This document shows, in pieces, positions 27,830-38,028 of a stretch of DNA of 64,000 nt. Each line of letters opens with the position of its first letter. The first letter of the stretch is position 1. The stretch lies in the IMG/VR virus record IMGVR_UViG_3300007770_001284, positions 124,001 through 188,000 of that record. One strand, given 5' to 3'. A program made the position numbers and the translations under genes. The notes beneath the pieces were generated by a model, which ran no database searches, had not been told where the DNA came from, and worked only from the letters and a program-made list of their open reading frames with translations.

Positions 27830-28999
27830 ATGCCGACTTTCGCTTTTACCAGAAATCCGACACCATTCGGTTTTTTCGACACAGACACAGCGTTTCAAAC
27901 GGAAGCTGATTCTGTGATTACGTTTGTCAAACAGAAGTTGGGCGATGATATATTAAGCGTCGAATTAACGAAAAAACAAATTTGGGCATGTTTAGAAGAA
28001 TCATTCTTAGAATATGGAAGAATTGTTAATGAGGCGAACGCTCTTTCACAAACTCCGAATCTTCTTGGTATGCCGACCGGAAGTGGTGATGAAGTAACTG
28101 GATTGTTTCCAAAGCAAAATCTTGAATATCTCCTAAGGATGGCTGAGCCCTATGCAATGGAGGGCGGTGTAGGGGGTTCGTATAACGAATTCTCAGGGTC
28201 CATAGCACTAAACACCGGTTCTCAAGATTATGACATTTATGAAACGTTAAAAGACAATGGTGGCAACCTCATGGTGTCTAGTAGCTTGAACGATCCTCGA
28301 ACAAAGATGCGGATAAAAGAAGTATTTCACTTCTCTCCGCAAGCCGCTTACAGATTTTTTGACACAACTTCATCTGTGAATTATTTAAACAATGAATTTA
28401 GTTTTGAATCATTTACTCCAGAGACTGTATTTTACGTTTTGCCGGTTTTTGAAGATGTCCTTCGGGCTGGCCAGATGGGTGTGTCAAATAGAGTTCGAAG
28501 ATCAAATTATTCATATAAAATAATCGGTAGTAAGATAAGGATATTTCCGAAGCCAACGGGGGATAATCCTGGAAAGCTGTGGATACGTATTGCATATAGC
28601 CCAAATCCAATTAGTCCAGATATTAGAGATGATACGATATACGGTGTCTCTGATATTTCAAATGTTCCATTTGGGCGCTTTACTTATGACAATGTTAATT
28701 CTATAGGACGCCAATGGGTAAGACAATATGCTAAAGCCTTGTGCGAAGAATTATTAGGACAGGTAAGATCGAAATTCTCTGCCGTTCCAATCCCGTCTGG
28801 TGATCTTCAGCTCAATGGCGCTGATTTGATAGGTCGAGGCCGAGAAGACCAAACAAGGCTCCGCGACCAATTAAAAGAATTATTGGAAAATTTGACGTAT
28901 AGTAAGATATTGGAGGCTCAAGCGGCAGATTCCGACAATATACAGACAGCGCTTAAGAAGATTCCAATACCCGCTGGCAAATCGATCATAATAGCATGA
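27830..28999 (+). CDS. neck protein (T4 gp13-like)
   Basis: VKQKLGDDILSVELTKKQIWACLEES; WVRQYAKALCEELLGQVRSKF...LNGADL. First gene after the MCP. Confidence 0.8.
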   Translation: MPTFAFTRNPTPFGFFDTDTAFQTEADSVITFVKQKLGDDILSVELTKKQIWACLEESFLEYGRIVNEANALSQTPNLLGMPTGSGDEVTGLFPKQNLEYLLRMAEPYAMEGGVGGSYNEFSGSIALNTGSQDYDIYETLKDNGGNLMVSSSLNDPRTKMRIKEVFHFSPQAAYRFFDTTSSVNYLNNEFSFESFTPETVFYVLPVFEDVLRAGQMGVSNRVRRSNYSYKIIGSKIRIFPKPTGDNPGKLWIRIAYSPNPISPDIRDDTIYGVSDISNVPFGRFTYDNVNSIGRQWVRQYAKALCEELLGQVRSKFSAVPIPSGDLQLNGADLIGRGREDQTRLRDQLKELLENLTYSKILEAQAADSDNIQTALKKIPIPAGKSIIIA

Positions 29000-29009
29000 G
29001 GAGGGTAGC

Positions 29010-29693
29010 ATGGCTCGTCTCTTCATAACTCCAAGAGAAGTCGATTTAATAGCTGACATCACCAAGGAGGTCATAAAAGACGTCGTTGGCCAGAAGATAT
29101 ACTATTACCGTGTACGAGAAGACTTAACAACAATTCATGACGTATACGAAGAAGCGATGGAGAAGGTTTTTGATCTGCCCATAGAGATTTGTGCTCAGGT
29201 GGAATGGAATGCTCCAGAAATTACGACGACTAGATTTGGTGTAAATTCCGGCCAGATCGTCGGTGCATATCTCCATTATCGAGACTTAATAGACAAGGAT
29301 ATTGAGGTCCGAGAGGGTGATTATTTCAGCTACGGCGAGACATTTTTTGAGATAACACAACTTCAATGGCAGTCAACAATCTATGGTGAAGTTGAGCACA
29401 TGACGGGTGTGAAATTACAAGGAAAACAAGCGCGTCAAGGCCTAATTAATAAAGATCCGCACGGTCCGACTGACGAAGGTTATTCAGACTCTGATGCTGT
29501 GCAAGACACGTTTGTACAACAACGCGGGTTTGCGGAAAATAGGCTTGGCGAAACGGGAGATAAAAGGGCATTGATTGAGCAAGGGAAAATGGAATTACCA
29601 GCTAGCCCCGCACCTGTGGAGGTGTCGCCTAAAGGAGATCCCGCAACAATCAGTTCTTCTTTTTATGATGAGATTTCTTACAACAATGGTTAA
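29010..29693 (+). CDS. neck/head-closure protein (T4 gp14-like)
   Basis: VVGQKIYYY...YEEAMEKVF...REGDYFSYG...FFEI; position after gp13-like gene. Confidence 0.7.
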   Translation: MARLFITPREVDLIADITKEVIKDVVGQKIYYYRVREDLTTIHDVYEEAMEKVFDLPIEICAQVEWNAPEITTTRFGVNSGQIVGAYLHYRDLIDKDIEVREGDYFSYGETFFEITQLQWQSTIYGEVEHMTGVKLQGKQARQGLINKDPHGPTDEGYSDSDAVQDTFVQQRGFAENRLGETGDKRALIEQGKMELPASPAPVEVSPKGDPATISSSFYDEISYNNG

Positions 29694-29707
29694 GGTGGAG
29701 AGCAAAA

Positions 29708-31051
29708 ATGCCAACGCGCTATAATACGACTACTTACAAGAACGGTTCATTAGACCTTGGTTATTCAAGCGAAGATATCCCTGAGGATTTCTCTATCCCG
29801 TCTTGTACCATTGAGGATGTAGACAGAGCTTTATTTAATTTTTTTAATGAAGAAATTCCGCTTTTTTACAAGCGCAGAAAGGCAATAAAGCGGGTTCCCA
29901 TTATTTTCGCTACTGGCGAGCGATTCGCAATTTTGGCAAGGAAAAAGCCGCTACGAGACAAAACCGGTGCGATTATATTACCACTTGTTTCGATACTCCG
30001 CAGTGGTATTGATCAAACAAACGCAAAGGGCGCTGCTCATGGTCAAGGAAGCCCGATGTTGATTAAAGTTAGAATTTCCAAAGAAGATCCACGATACCAG
30101 CGTCTTCAAAATAGATTCGGGTTTGAAAACGCTGATGATATAGCAGTTAGCGCTGGAAATAAGACTGATGCTGGGCTTGGGGGAGGAACTGATGGTGGTC
30201 GTATTGCAACCCGACGAACAGTCTTTCCTACGCCAATAGCTGTAAGTGGCGGAACAATACTCGAGCCGCACACTGCCAAAAACATAATTGAATTTATTGA
30301 AATTCCTCCAATCAAACAATACACTGCGAATTATGAGATTACTTTTTGGACCCAGTACACTCAAGAAATGAATTCGCTATTGACAACTGTTATGGGCGGG
30401 TATACCCAAAATCATCAACGAACATTCTTAATAACTACAAAATCAGGGTATAAATTTTCCGCTTATATTGACGCCGCGTTAAACCCAAGCAATAATTTTG
30501 ATGATTTTTCTGATGATGAAAGACTAGTTAAGTATAGTTTTAGTGTGAGTGTGCCGGCTTATGTTGTTGCACCGCAAGAGCCCGGACTGCCTGTGCCATT
30601 TAGAAGATCAATTTCTGCTCCAGATATTAATTTTGGAGTCTCAGAATTAAGTTCCCATATGAATACTGGTGCTCCGTCTTCTGTCGCCGCAGGTGAGCCG
30701 GGCCATTTCATATTGGAAGATATTGATACTGATGATATGGGAATTCCGGGGCAAGCGATGCCTGTAGGGTCAAATAGCGTATTAACTACCGGATTTCCGG
30801 GTGCCGTAACTGTTGTCTCAAACAACGTTAACATCGGCTCGACAAATTCGGATTCAACAAGTACGGGTGCTACGTATCCGAACAGACCGAAAGTAATAAT
30901 TACTAAAAGAAACCCCTTTACTGGGAAGGATGAAACATCACAATACAACGTGTTATATGCGAACAACAAGAAGGGAGAGACGGTTTTTCGACAGTCAAAA
31001 TACCCATCGTATGGATTATCTATCGATTTAGGCGATCTCTTCAAGGATTGA
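29708..31051 (+). CDS. tail completion/sheath stabilizer (T4 gp15-like)
   Basis: IKRVPIIFATGERF...IILPLVSILRSGI; YEITFWTQYTQEMNSLL; located immediately before the sheath. Confidence 0.7.
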   Translation: MPTRYNTTTYKNGSLDLGYSSEDIPEDFSIPSCTIEDVDRALFNFFNEEIPLFYKRRKAIKRVPIIFATGERFAILARKKPLRDKTGAIILPLVSILRSGIDQTNAKGAAHGQGSPMLIKVRISKEDPRYQRLQNRFGFENADDIAVSAGNKTDAGLGGGTDGGRIATRRTVFPTPIAVSGGTILEPHTAKNIIEFIEIPPIKQYTANYEITFWTQYTQEMNSLLTTVMGGYTQNHQRTFLITTKSGYKFSAYIDAALNPSNNFDDFSDDERLVKYSFSVSVPAYVVAPQEPGLPVPFRRSISAPDINFGVSELSSHMNTGAPSSVAAGEPGHFILEDIDTDDMGIPGQAMPVGSNSVLTTGFPGAVTVVSNNVNIGSTNSDSTSTGATYPNRPKVIITKRNPFTGKDETSQYNVLYANNKKGETVFRQSKYPSYGLSIDLGDLFKD

Positions 31052-31075
31052 TGTGACATTTACCCTTTGCACGAA

Positions 31076-31082
31076 ATAGTTA
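31076..31082 (+). promoter_or_regulatory. ATADTTA motif (putative late promoter element)
   Basis: ATAGTTA, 34 nt upstream of sheath 1. Confidence 0.45.
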
Positions 31083-31116
31083 TTTGTGATGAAAGTAGAT
31101 CCAGGAGACCTGACTC

Positions 31117-34100
31117 ATGGCAGAACAGACATTTAGATCCCCGGGCTTTTTTGAACGCGAAATAGACGCGTCGACGAGAAAGACCGAAATAACGGGTGTT
31201 CCAGCAGGAATCGTAGGTACTGCTGAGAAGGGACCGGCATTTGTGCCCGTAACAGTCGGCAGTTTTCAAGATTTTTTGAATCGCTTTGGAGACATTGACC
31301 CCGACCGCTTTGGACCGTATGCAGTCCAAGCATTCCTACAAAATAGAACAGCAGTAACGTACATGCGCGTTTTAGGTGCCGGTGCGAATGAATCCACAAC
31401 TAACATAACAAACACTCAAACCTACGGCACAGTGGTAAACGCAGGATTTGTCTTGTCGGGGAATATATCTGCTTCCCCGCCCACGAATAAGGCTCAGAAT
31501 GGCGTGGTGCAATTTTTAGTTGCAAAGCACGATGCAGTCGCGAATGAAGCTGCAGCGATGCCGGAATTTACTGATAACCCAAGTTTCAGTAATTCAAGCG
31601 CTCTTCATATAGTGAGAGGTGTTATTTTTAGTTCGGTCAACGCAAGAATACAAGTGATGGATGTCGGTGACTCTTGGGCTAACCACATGACCGATGGATG
31701 CGCTCCCACCGCTGCAGCCAACAATATTGGTGGTAATTTCTTGCTTGCGATTTCTTCTTCGCTTGGGTCAGCTTTCTGTAATCAGCTTCCAAGCTATCCC
31801 GGTGTTAAAGTTGTAACTGCGTCACTTGATCCTGCAAGTGACGCGTATATTGCGAACGTTTTGAACACTGATCCTACGAAGTTTTACACGAACCAGCACC
31901 TTCTTTACATGGATTTTGCTGTAGAAAATGAGATCGCTCCTGTTCTTGAAACCGCGGGGTCTATTGCCATTCTTTCAGGTTCTGGAAATTATGGCCGAAC
32001 ATTAAGCTCGGGCGCGGGCAACGAGTTTACAATGTTGTTCGGTCGTTACGACACACGATATACAACTCCTACGTCTCCCGCTATACTATCACAACCATAC
32101 GGAAGCACAGAATATAAATTATTCAATTTTGAAGCCCTGTCGGACGGAGCATACGGGAATAATAAAGTCAAGGTTTCTATTGCGAATTTGCGGGCTAGCT
32201 CAAATAAGAATTACCCATTTGGTACGTTTGAGGTTCAGGTCCGTCGGTTTGGCGACACCGATTTAGATCCCGAGGTACTGGAAAGCTATCCTGCATGCAC
32301 TTTAGATCCCAACTCAGAAAGCTTTGTCGGTAGAAAAATTGGTGACTATAAGGCACGGTACAATTTCGATGCAGAAAACGACGATGAAAGAAGAATTGTC
32401 GTTAGTGGAAAATATCCTAATCAATCTGTACATATTAGAGTTGTTATAGAAGAAGCTGTTTATAGGGAGCAAGTACCGTCAGATGCTTTACCGTTCGGTT
32501 TCGCTGGGATCCCTGCTATAAAGACGTCAGACGCTCTGACAGACTCGCTCAAGGGTGCTCTTGAGTTTGATGGAGTGACGTACGGACAACTCGACAACCC
32601 GCGTCTCGCGGGTCGCGTCACATCGGCGCTGACAGGCTCAATTGTTCCTCCTCTTCCGATGCGCTTTAAGATTACCCGTGGTGCGGTCAACGCATCACCG
32701 TGGTTCTCTGGGCTGCCTGGTGACGACGAGCGTGTTGATGGGAGGCTCTACTGGGGTACAAAGTTTGAAAGATGCCCGAAGGAGAACGACCTTTCCAGTG
32801 CTGTTTTGGACCAGAATGTGTCTTCTCTGCCAAACCCGACAGTTTCAGCATATACGAAGTTCCAGGGAATTCAAAAGCTTGATACTTTAGTTTCTGGCTC
32901 TGCAGTCGCTACATTTAACGCTAACAAGTTTTCACTTGCCAAAGTCACGATCGCCACAGCAGGTTCAAATTCTGCAACATTACTACAATATGTAACTGGT
33001 TCTGCAAAGGAGCACATGCTTGAGGCATCATATATTCGAAATGGTGTACCTGATTCGCAAACCTATGTGGTAAATGATCCAGACGGTGCAGGAAATAGAG
33101 TTACTTTTGCTTCGCTTGTTAATTCATCGTCAGTGCATTTTAATCGTTTTACGAGTTACCTTAAGTTCACGACTCCGCTATACGGTGGATTCGACGGCTT
33201 GAATATTCTTGATAAAGACATGTCATTAATGAACGATCGAGCTACGTCGACCGACGCGTCTGGTGAAACAGGGAAGGCTGCTGATGAATTTAGCGCTTCT
33301 ACAATTGGTCTTAGTACTAATCCCGCTGGATCCGGTCGTCTCAACAATAATATATTTGCGTATAAAGAAGCTGCTCGTATCATGACAGATCCCATGACGG
33401 TACGTAGCAACATCCTAACAATACCCGGTATAAGAGACACATTTGTCACTGATTGGGCTGCCAATAGAGTCCGTGATTATTCAATGGCCATTTACTTAAT
33501 GGACATTCCGTCATGGTCAGAGAGCTCCACACGCCTATTTGGAGATGAAGATAGGACGTTGATTCAGAGCGCCTCCAACTCCACCCCCGACGTGAGGGAA
33601 ACAGCAGAGCAATTCGAGTCAAGGGCGGTTGACAACAATTATTGCGCCGCGTACTTCCCTGATGTTTATATCAACGACTCAAACACCGGCGAGGCAGTCC
33701 GCGTTCCATCGTCTATTGCTGCTCTTGCAGCGTTAGCGTACAACGATGCTGTTGCATATCCTTGGTTTGCTCCTGCTGGATTTAATAGAGGTGGGTTAGG
33801 AATTGTTACGAACACCGATGTTAGGTTGACCGCAAGCGATAGAGATGATTTATACGATAATCGAATTAACCCGATTGCGAACTTTCCGAATGGTGGATTT
33901 GTAATATTTGGCCAAAAGACGATGCAGCTTACTCAATCTGCGTTGGATCGAGTGAATGTCCGTAGGATGTTGCTTGAACTCAAGCGTCAGGTTGTTGGCG
34001 TTGCTAATAAGATTCTTTTTGAGCCGAATAACGCTGCTACAAGAGCACGATTCATAAATCTAGTTACACCGATGCTAGCTGCGATTCAGGCGCAGCAGGG

Positions 34101-34260
34101 TATAGAGTCTTTCAAGGTTGTTATGGATGACACCAACAATACTTCCGAAGATGTTGAAAGCAACAAGCTGAATGGTCGAATCGTTATTGTGCCGACAAGG
34201 GCAATCGAATTTATTGCGATAGATTTTATCATCACAAACAGCGGTGTAGATTTTGCGTGA
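31117..34260 (+). CDS. gp18: tail sheath protein, copy 1
   Basis: FRSPGFFEREID; GTAEKGPAFVPV; AYPWFAPAGFNRG; LYDNRINPI; FGQKT...SALDRVNVRRMLL; FEPNN; VPTRAIEFIAIDF. Confidence 0.95.
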   Translation: MAEQTFRSPGFFEREIDASTRKTEITGVPAGIVGTAEKGPAFVPVTVGSFQDFLNRFGDIDPDRFGPYAVQAFLQNRTAVTYMRVLGAGANESTTNITNTQTYGTVVNAGFVLSGNISASPPTNKAQNGVVQFLVAKHDAVANEAAAMPEFTDNPSFSNSSALHIVRGVIFSSVNARIQVMDVGDSWANHMTDGCAPTAAANNIGGNFLLAISSSLGSAFCNQLPSYPGVKVVTASLDPASDAYIANVLNTDPTKFYTNQHLLYMDFAVENEIAPVLETAGSIAILSGSGNYGRTLSSGAGNEFTMLFGRYDTRYTTPTSPAILSQPYGSTEYKLFNFEALSDGAYGNNKVKVSIANLRASSNKNYPFGTFEVQVRRFGDTDLDPEVLESYPACTLDPNSESFVGRKIGDYKARYNFDAENDDERRIVVSGKYPNQSVHIRVVIEEAVYREQVPSDALPFGFAGIPAIKTSDALTDSLKGALEFDGVTYGQLDNPRLAGRVTSALTGSIVPPLPMRFKITRGAVNASPWFSGLPGDDERVDGRLYWGTKFERCPKENDLSSAVLDQNVSSLPNPTVSAYTKFQGIQKLDTLVSGSAVATFNANKFSLAKVTIATAGSNSATLLQYVTGSAKEHMLEASYIRNGVPDSQTYVVNDPDGAGNRVTFASLVNSSSVHFNRFTSYLKFTTPLYGGFDGLNILDKDMSLMNDRATSTDASGETGKAADEFSASTIGLSTNPAGSGRLNNNIFAYKEAARIMTDPMTVRSNILTIPGIRDTFVTDWAANRVRDYSMAIYLMDIPSWSESSTRLFGDEDRTLIQSASNSTPDVRETAEQFESRAVDNNYCAAYFPDVYINDSNTGEAVRVPSSIAALAALAYNDAVAYPWFAPAGFNRGGLGIVTNTDVRLTASDRDDLYDNRINPIANFPNGGFVIFGQKTMQLTQSALDRVNVRRMLLELKRQVVGVANKILFEPNNAATRARFINLVTPMLAAIQAQQGIESFKVVMDDTNNTSEDVESNKLNGRIVIVPTRAIEFIAIDFIITNSGVDFA

Positions 34261-34261
34261 T

Positions 34262-34268
34262 ATAGTTA
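34262..34268 (+). promoter_or_regulatory. ATADTTA motif (putative late promoter element)
   Basis: ATAGTTA, 25 nt upstream of the sheath 2 ATG. Confidence 0.5.
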
Positions 34269-34293
34269 AGAGAGAAACAGGAGATTTTTGGAA

Positions 34294-37200
34294 ATGGCTG
34301 AACTGACATTTAAGAGTCCTGGGGTTTCCACAAGGGAAATCGACCTATCAGGCCCAACAAAGGCTGCGCCTACAGGTACACCTGCTGGTGTTATAGGTAC
34401 GGCTGATCAGGGTCGAGCATTTGTTCCTATTACGGTAGCAACTTTTGCTGATTTCGTCGCTGAATTTGGAAATACGGACGGTGTAAAGTTTGGACCGATG
34501 GCGATGCGTCAGTGGCTAAACTACGCGAAGGCTGGAACCTATTTAAGGCTTCTTGGCGCCGGCGACGGAAAGAAAAGAAATAGCGGCGGTGATGTGACAA
34601 ACGCCGGCTTCACGGTCGGAGCGCAAGAAGCCAAAGCAAATGGACTAATCGGACCGAACGCATATGCGGGCTCAACAGTCGCGGGTGCTGGGAACGCCGG
34701 GGTTCTTGGACGTACTCACCTTCTTGGTGTTATCATGGAAGAGTCTGGAAGTTCCGCGGCATTCACTGATGCTGGCTTGGGAACTGTCCAACCGATTTTA
34801 CGCGGTGTTGTTATGGTTCCCTCGGGAGTTGTATGCGCCCTCAGTGCGTCTAGATCGACTGTTACAAACAATACGCCATTGGGCTCCCCCTCAGCCAACA
34901 ATTACGCCGCGGGTAGCTCTTTTGGGACGGGCGGTGCGGATAATGCAGGATCATCAAACGGGGCTGTGAACCTTGCTGGCGGCCGTCAAGAATTCGTGAT
35001 GCTGCTGAATGGTCATACCCATACAGACGCTTACCCCACGATTATCACAGCTTCTTTTGATCCGAATGTACCGAATTATTTCGCAAATGTTTTGAATACA
35101 GACCCAACAAAGCTCCAGAATGCAGGACATTACCTATACGCCCACTGGGATGTTTACCCGGCAATCGCATATCCGACTGGGTCAAGTCTGGTGTCATCGA
35201 CGTACGCCGCAGCGACTGCCGGCGGCACAGTTAGTAATGAGGACATTGCATTCCTTATGACATCTTCGATATCTCGGGCGAATTCAACTGACGCAAACGT
35301 ACCAGATTTTGACAGCTATAAAGACAGGTTCCGTACCGCTGTTTCTCCCTATGTTATATCTCAGAAGTATGGTGGAAAAAACAACAATCTTTTCCGAATC
35401 CATGCTTTAGATGATGGTGCGATAGGAAATACTAGGGTAAAGATTTCTATTGAGAATATTGTTAAGTCCACAAACGTAAATCAACCATTTGGAGCGTTCG
35501 ATTTATTAGTGAGAGATTACAACGATAGTGACACCGAGCCGGTCGTCATAGAGAAATTTTCTAAGCTTTCTTTGGATCCAGGTTCTGATCGATATGTTGC
35601 TAGGCAAATTGGAGATTATCATTTGTATTATGACTTCGATAAGCGCGTTGGATCTCAGAAATTGATTTTGGAAGGTGCTTATCCCAACAAGTCGAATTAT
35701 ATTCGCGTTGAGACAAACACTCAACTTGATAAGGGGAAGCTTCCCGCGGATTGCCTGCCAGTCGGATTCCGCGGTCCGCAGCATCTAGTTACCTCTGGAT
35801 CTTCGATATTTGGTCAGCCAGGCGATTCTGCTACACCACTTCTCAATTCGTCTGTCGCTTCTCGTCTTGTTCAATATCCGGTGCCATATCGAGCGACAGT
35901 CTCTAAGAATGTTACTCCGAAAAAGGCACTCGCCGCTGAGCTTTACTGGGGCGTCCAATTTGAGGTGAAGGATCTCGTAGCTGAGCCTAACAAGAACGTA
36001 AAACTCGACCCATCAATCAAGCACTACTCGACATATTTCGCAAATTATTCGCAATCTGGTCGTAAAGCGATGGTGGGTAATAATGAGGGTACAGCTGATA
36101 GCAGTGGCACTGTTTTAGACGCCGATAAATTTAACAACAATTTGTTCAGTCTGGAAAACATCCAGGTTTGTACAACCACCGATTCCACTCCGGTTGCTGA
36201 TTCGAAGCAATGGGCCGCTGCAGTGTACCGCAGATCTGGTGTCGCCGCATCGAGTATACCGGATATCGATGGTACCGCAAGAACCCTAAATGCCTCCGGA
36301 GGCTCGCGCTTGTTATCTGTAGCGAATGATTTCGGTCTTTCCTCTGCTCGCCGTTTTCTTAAGTTCTCTTTCATAGTTCAGGGGGGCTTTGATGGAGTCA
36401 ATATATTCAATAATGAGAAAGCTAAGTTCTCCAATATTGCTGTGACAAAGGAGATGGCAGATGTAACGTTACAGGGCGGGGTAACGGGGCCAACAGTCGC
36501 CGCGTATCGTAAGGCAATGGACGTTCTTGCTGAAAGATCCGATGTTGATATTCAGCTTTTGGCAGTTCCAGGTATCCGTCACAAGTCGGTGTCTGACTAC
36601 GTAATACAGTCTGTTGAGGAAAGATTCGACGCAATGTACATTATGGACATTGAGAATAAGGACACGTATAACGAGGTAGTCACCGGATCTGCGCAGCTAA
36701 CAAGCGTTACGAACACGGTCAATACATTTTCTGGTCGAAACCTCGACAGCTCGTTTGCAGCTGCATATTTCCCCGATGTTATTATGACTGACGTAGGCAC
36801 ATCCACAAACGTGCAGGTACCACCGAGTGTGGCTGTTCTTGGTGCGTTTGCGCTAAATGATTCTGTCGCATATCCGTGGTTCGCCCCCGCCGGTTTTACG
36901 CGGGGCGCATTGAAGAACGTTTTAGAGTCTCAAGTGAAGCTGAGTAGAGCAAATCTTGATGCGCTATACGACGTTGATATTAACCCAATCACCGCATTCC
37001 CCCAAACCAAGGGAGAGGTTGTTGTTTTCGGTCAGAAAACGCTCCTTGCAGCGCAGTCAGCGTTGGATAGAGTGAACGTACGTCGTCTTTTGATTGAGAT
37101 TAGACGTCAAGTTCGCGCAATCGGTGATACATTCCTCTTCGAACCGAATAGAGAATCTACTCTTGCTCGCTTTTCAGCGGCAGTGAATCCTGTATTGGCA

Positions 37201-37377
37201 AGAATTCAGGCGCAGCAAGGCCTGGATCGGTTCAAGGTACAAATTGATACTACCACGACTACTCAAGCAGACGTGGAAAACAATACGGTTCGAGGGAAAA
37301 TCTTCCTTCAACCGACGCGATCCGTGGAATTCATTTCGCTTGATTTCGTTGTTACTAACGCTGGAACAGAAATTTAA
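34294..37377 (+). CDS. gp18: tail sheath protein, copy 2
   Basis: FKSPGVSTREID; GTADQGRAFVP; AYPWFAPAGFTRG; FGQKT...SALDRVNVRRLL; FEPNR; QPTRSVEFISLDF. Confidence 0.95.
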   Translation: MAELTFKSPGVSTREIDLSGPTKAAPTGTPAGVIGTADQGRAFVPITVATFADFVAEFGNTDGVKFGPMAMRQWLNYAKAGTYLRLLGAGDGKKRNSGGDVTNAGFTVGAQEAKANGLIGPNAYAGSTVAGAGNAGVLGRTHLLGVIMEESGSSAAFTDAGLGTVQPILRGVVMVPSGVVCALSASRSTVTNNTPLGSPSANNYAAGSSFGTGGADNAGSSNGAVNLAGGRQEFVMLLNGHTHTDAYPTIITASFDPNVPNYFANVLNTDPTKLQNAGHYLYAHWDVYPAIAYPTGSSLVSSTYAAATAGGTVSNEDIAFLMTSSISRANSTDANVPDFDSYKDRFRTAVSPYVISQKYGGKNNNLFRIHALDDGAIGNTRVKISIENIVKSTNVNQPFGAFDLLVRDYNDSDTEPVVIEKFSKLSLDPGSDRYVARQIGDYHLYYDFDKRVGSQKLILEGAYPNKSNYIRVETNTQLDKGKLPADCLPVGFRGPQHLVTSGSSIFGQPGDSATPLLNSSVASRLVQYPVPYRATVSKNVTPKKALAAELYWGVQFEVKDLVAEPNKNVKLDPSIKHYSTYFANYSQSGRKAMVGNNEGTADSSGTVLDADKFNNNLFSLENIQVCTTTDSTPVADSKQWAAAVYRRSGVAASSIPDIDGTARTLNASGGSRLLSVANDFGLSSARRFLKFSFIVQGGFDGVNIFNNEKAKFSNIAVTKEMADVTLQGGVTGPTVAAYRKAMDVLAERSDVDIQLLAVPGIRHKSVSDYVIQSVEERFDAMYIMDIENKDTYNEVVTGSAQLTSVTNTVNTFSGRNLDSSFAAAYFPDVIMTDVGTSTNVQVPPSVAVLGAFALNDSVAYPWFAPAGFTRGALKNVLESQVKLSRANLDALYDVDINPITAFPQTKGEVVVFGQKTLLAAQSALDRVNVRRLLIEIRRQVRAIGDTFLFEPNRESTLARFSAAVNPVLARIQAQQGLDRFKVQIDTTTTTQADVENNTVRGKIFLQPTRSVEFISLDFVVTNAGTEI

Positions 37378-37389
37378 TCTTGCTGATGT

Positions 37390-37396
37390 ATATTTA
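37390..37396 (+). promoter_or_regulatory. ATADTTA motif (putative late promoter element)
   Basis: ATATTTA, 22 nt upstream of the tube gene ATG. Confidence 0.5.
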
Positions 37397-37418
37397 AGCA
37401 CGTATAGGAGAAAACAAA

Positions 37419-37907
37419 ATGGCAGAAACTCTTTCAGTTACCGACATGCTGCCCAATAAATTTGAGCCGAAAAGGAAATTTAGATGGGTATTTGCTTGTG
37501 AGGGTATTGATGCGTTTTTGATTAAGACCGCCGCTCGACCCACAATTAACACAGGTGAAATGGAAATTTCCTACATGAACTCAACTCGCTGGGTTGCTGG
37601 CAAAACGAAGTTCGACGCCTTATCGGTAACCTTACACGATCCGATCGCGCCTTCCGGTGCACAGCAGGTGATGGAATGGGTTCGTACACACTTCGAATCA
37701 GTTTCTGGTCGTGGTGGGTATGCCGATTTCTATAAGCGCGACTGTCAAGTTAAGATGCTCGATCCTGTTGGAACAGTTGTTGAATTATGGGATTTCAAGG
37801 GATGCTTCCTGACCTCGGCTGGGTTTGGCGATCTGGATTATGGCGCTGAAGATCCGATGGAGCTATCTCTCACGATCAGGTTTGACAACTGCGTATTACA
37901 GTATTAG
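37419..37907 (+). CDS. gp19: tail tube protein (T4 gp19-like)
   Basis: FEPKRKFRW; VAGKTKFDALSVTLHDPIAPSGAQQVMEW; GGYADFYKRD; LSLTIRFD. Confidence 0.9.
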   Translation: MAETLSVTDMLPNKFEPKRKFRWVFACEGIDAFLIKTAARPTINTGEMEISYMNSTRWVAGKTKFDALSVTLHDPIAPSGAQQVMEWVRTHFESVSGRGGYADFYKRDCQVKMLDPVGTVVELWDFKGCFLTSAGFGDLDYGAEDPMELSLTIRFDNCVLQY

Positions 37908-37938
37908 ATTATTTGACGCACGTCAATAACGTATCAAG

Positions 37939-37970
37939 AAAACGTCCCAATTTTACTTGGGACGTTTTTT
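37939..37970 (+). terminator. rho-independent terminator after the tail tube gene
   Basis: AAAACGTCCCAA / TTTTAC / TTGGGACGTTTT hairpin with T tail; A-tract on the left could make it bidirectional. Confidence 0.85.
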
Positions 37971-37971
37971 A

Positions 37972-37999
37972 TTTACACTGATTTCTGCAACTATAAGAT
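37972..37999 (+). promoter_or_regulatory. possible sigma70-like promoter
   Basis: TTTACA-N16-TAAGAT upstream of the tail chaperone gene. Confidence 0.3.
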
Positions 38000-38028
38000 T
38001 TATGGAGTGCTAATTGTGAGGTTTGTCT

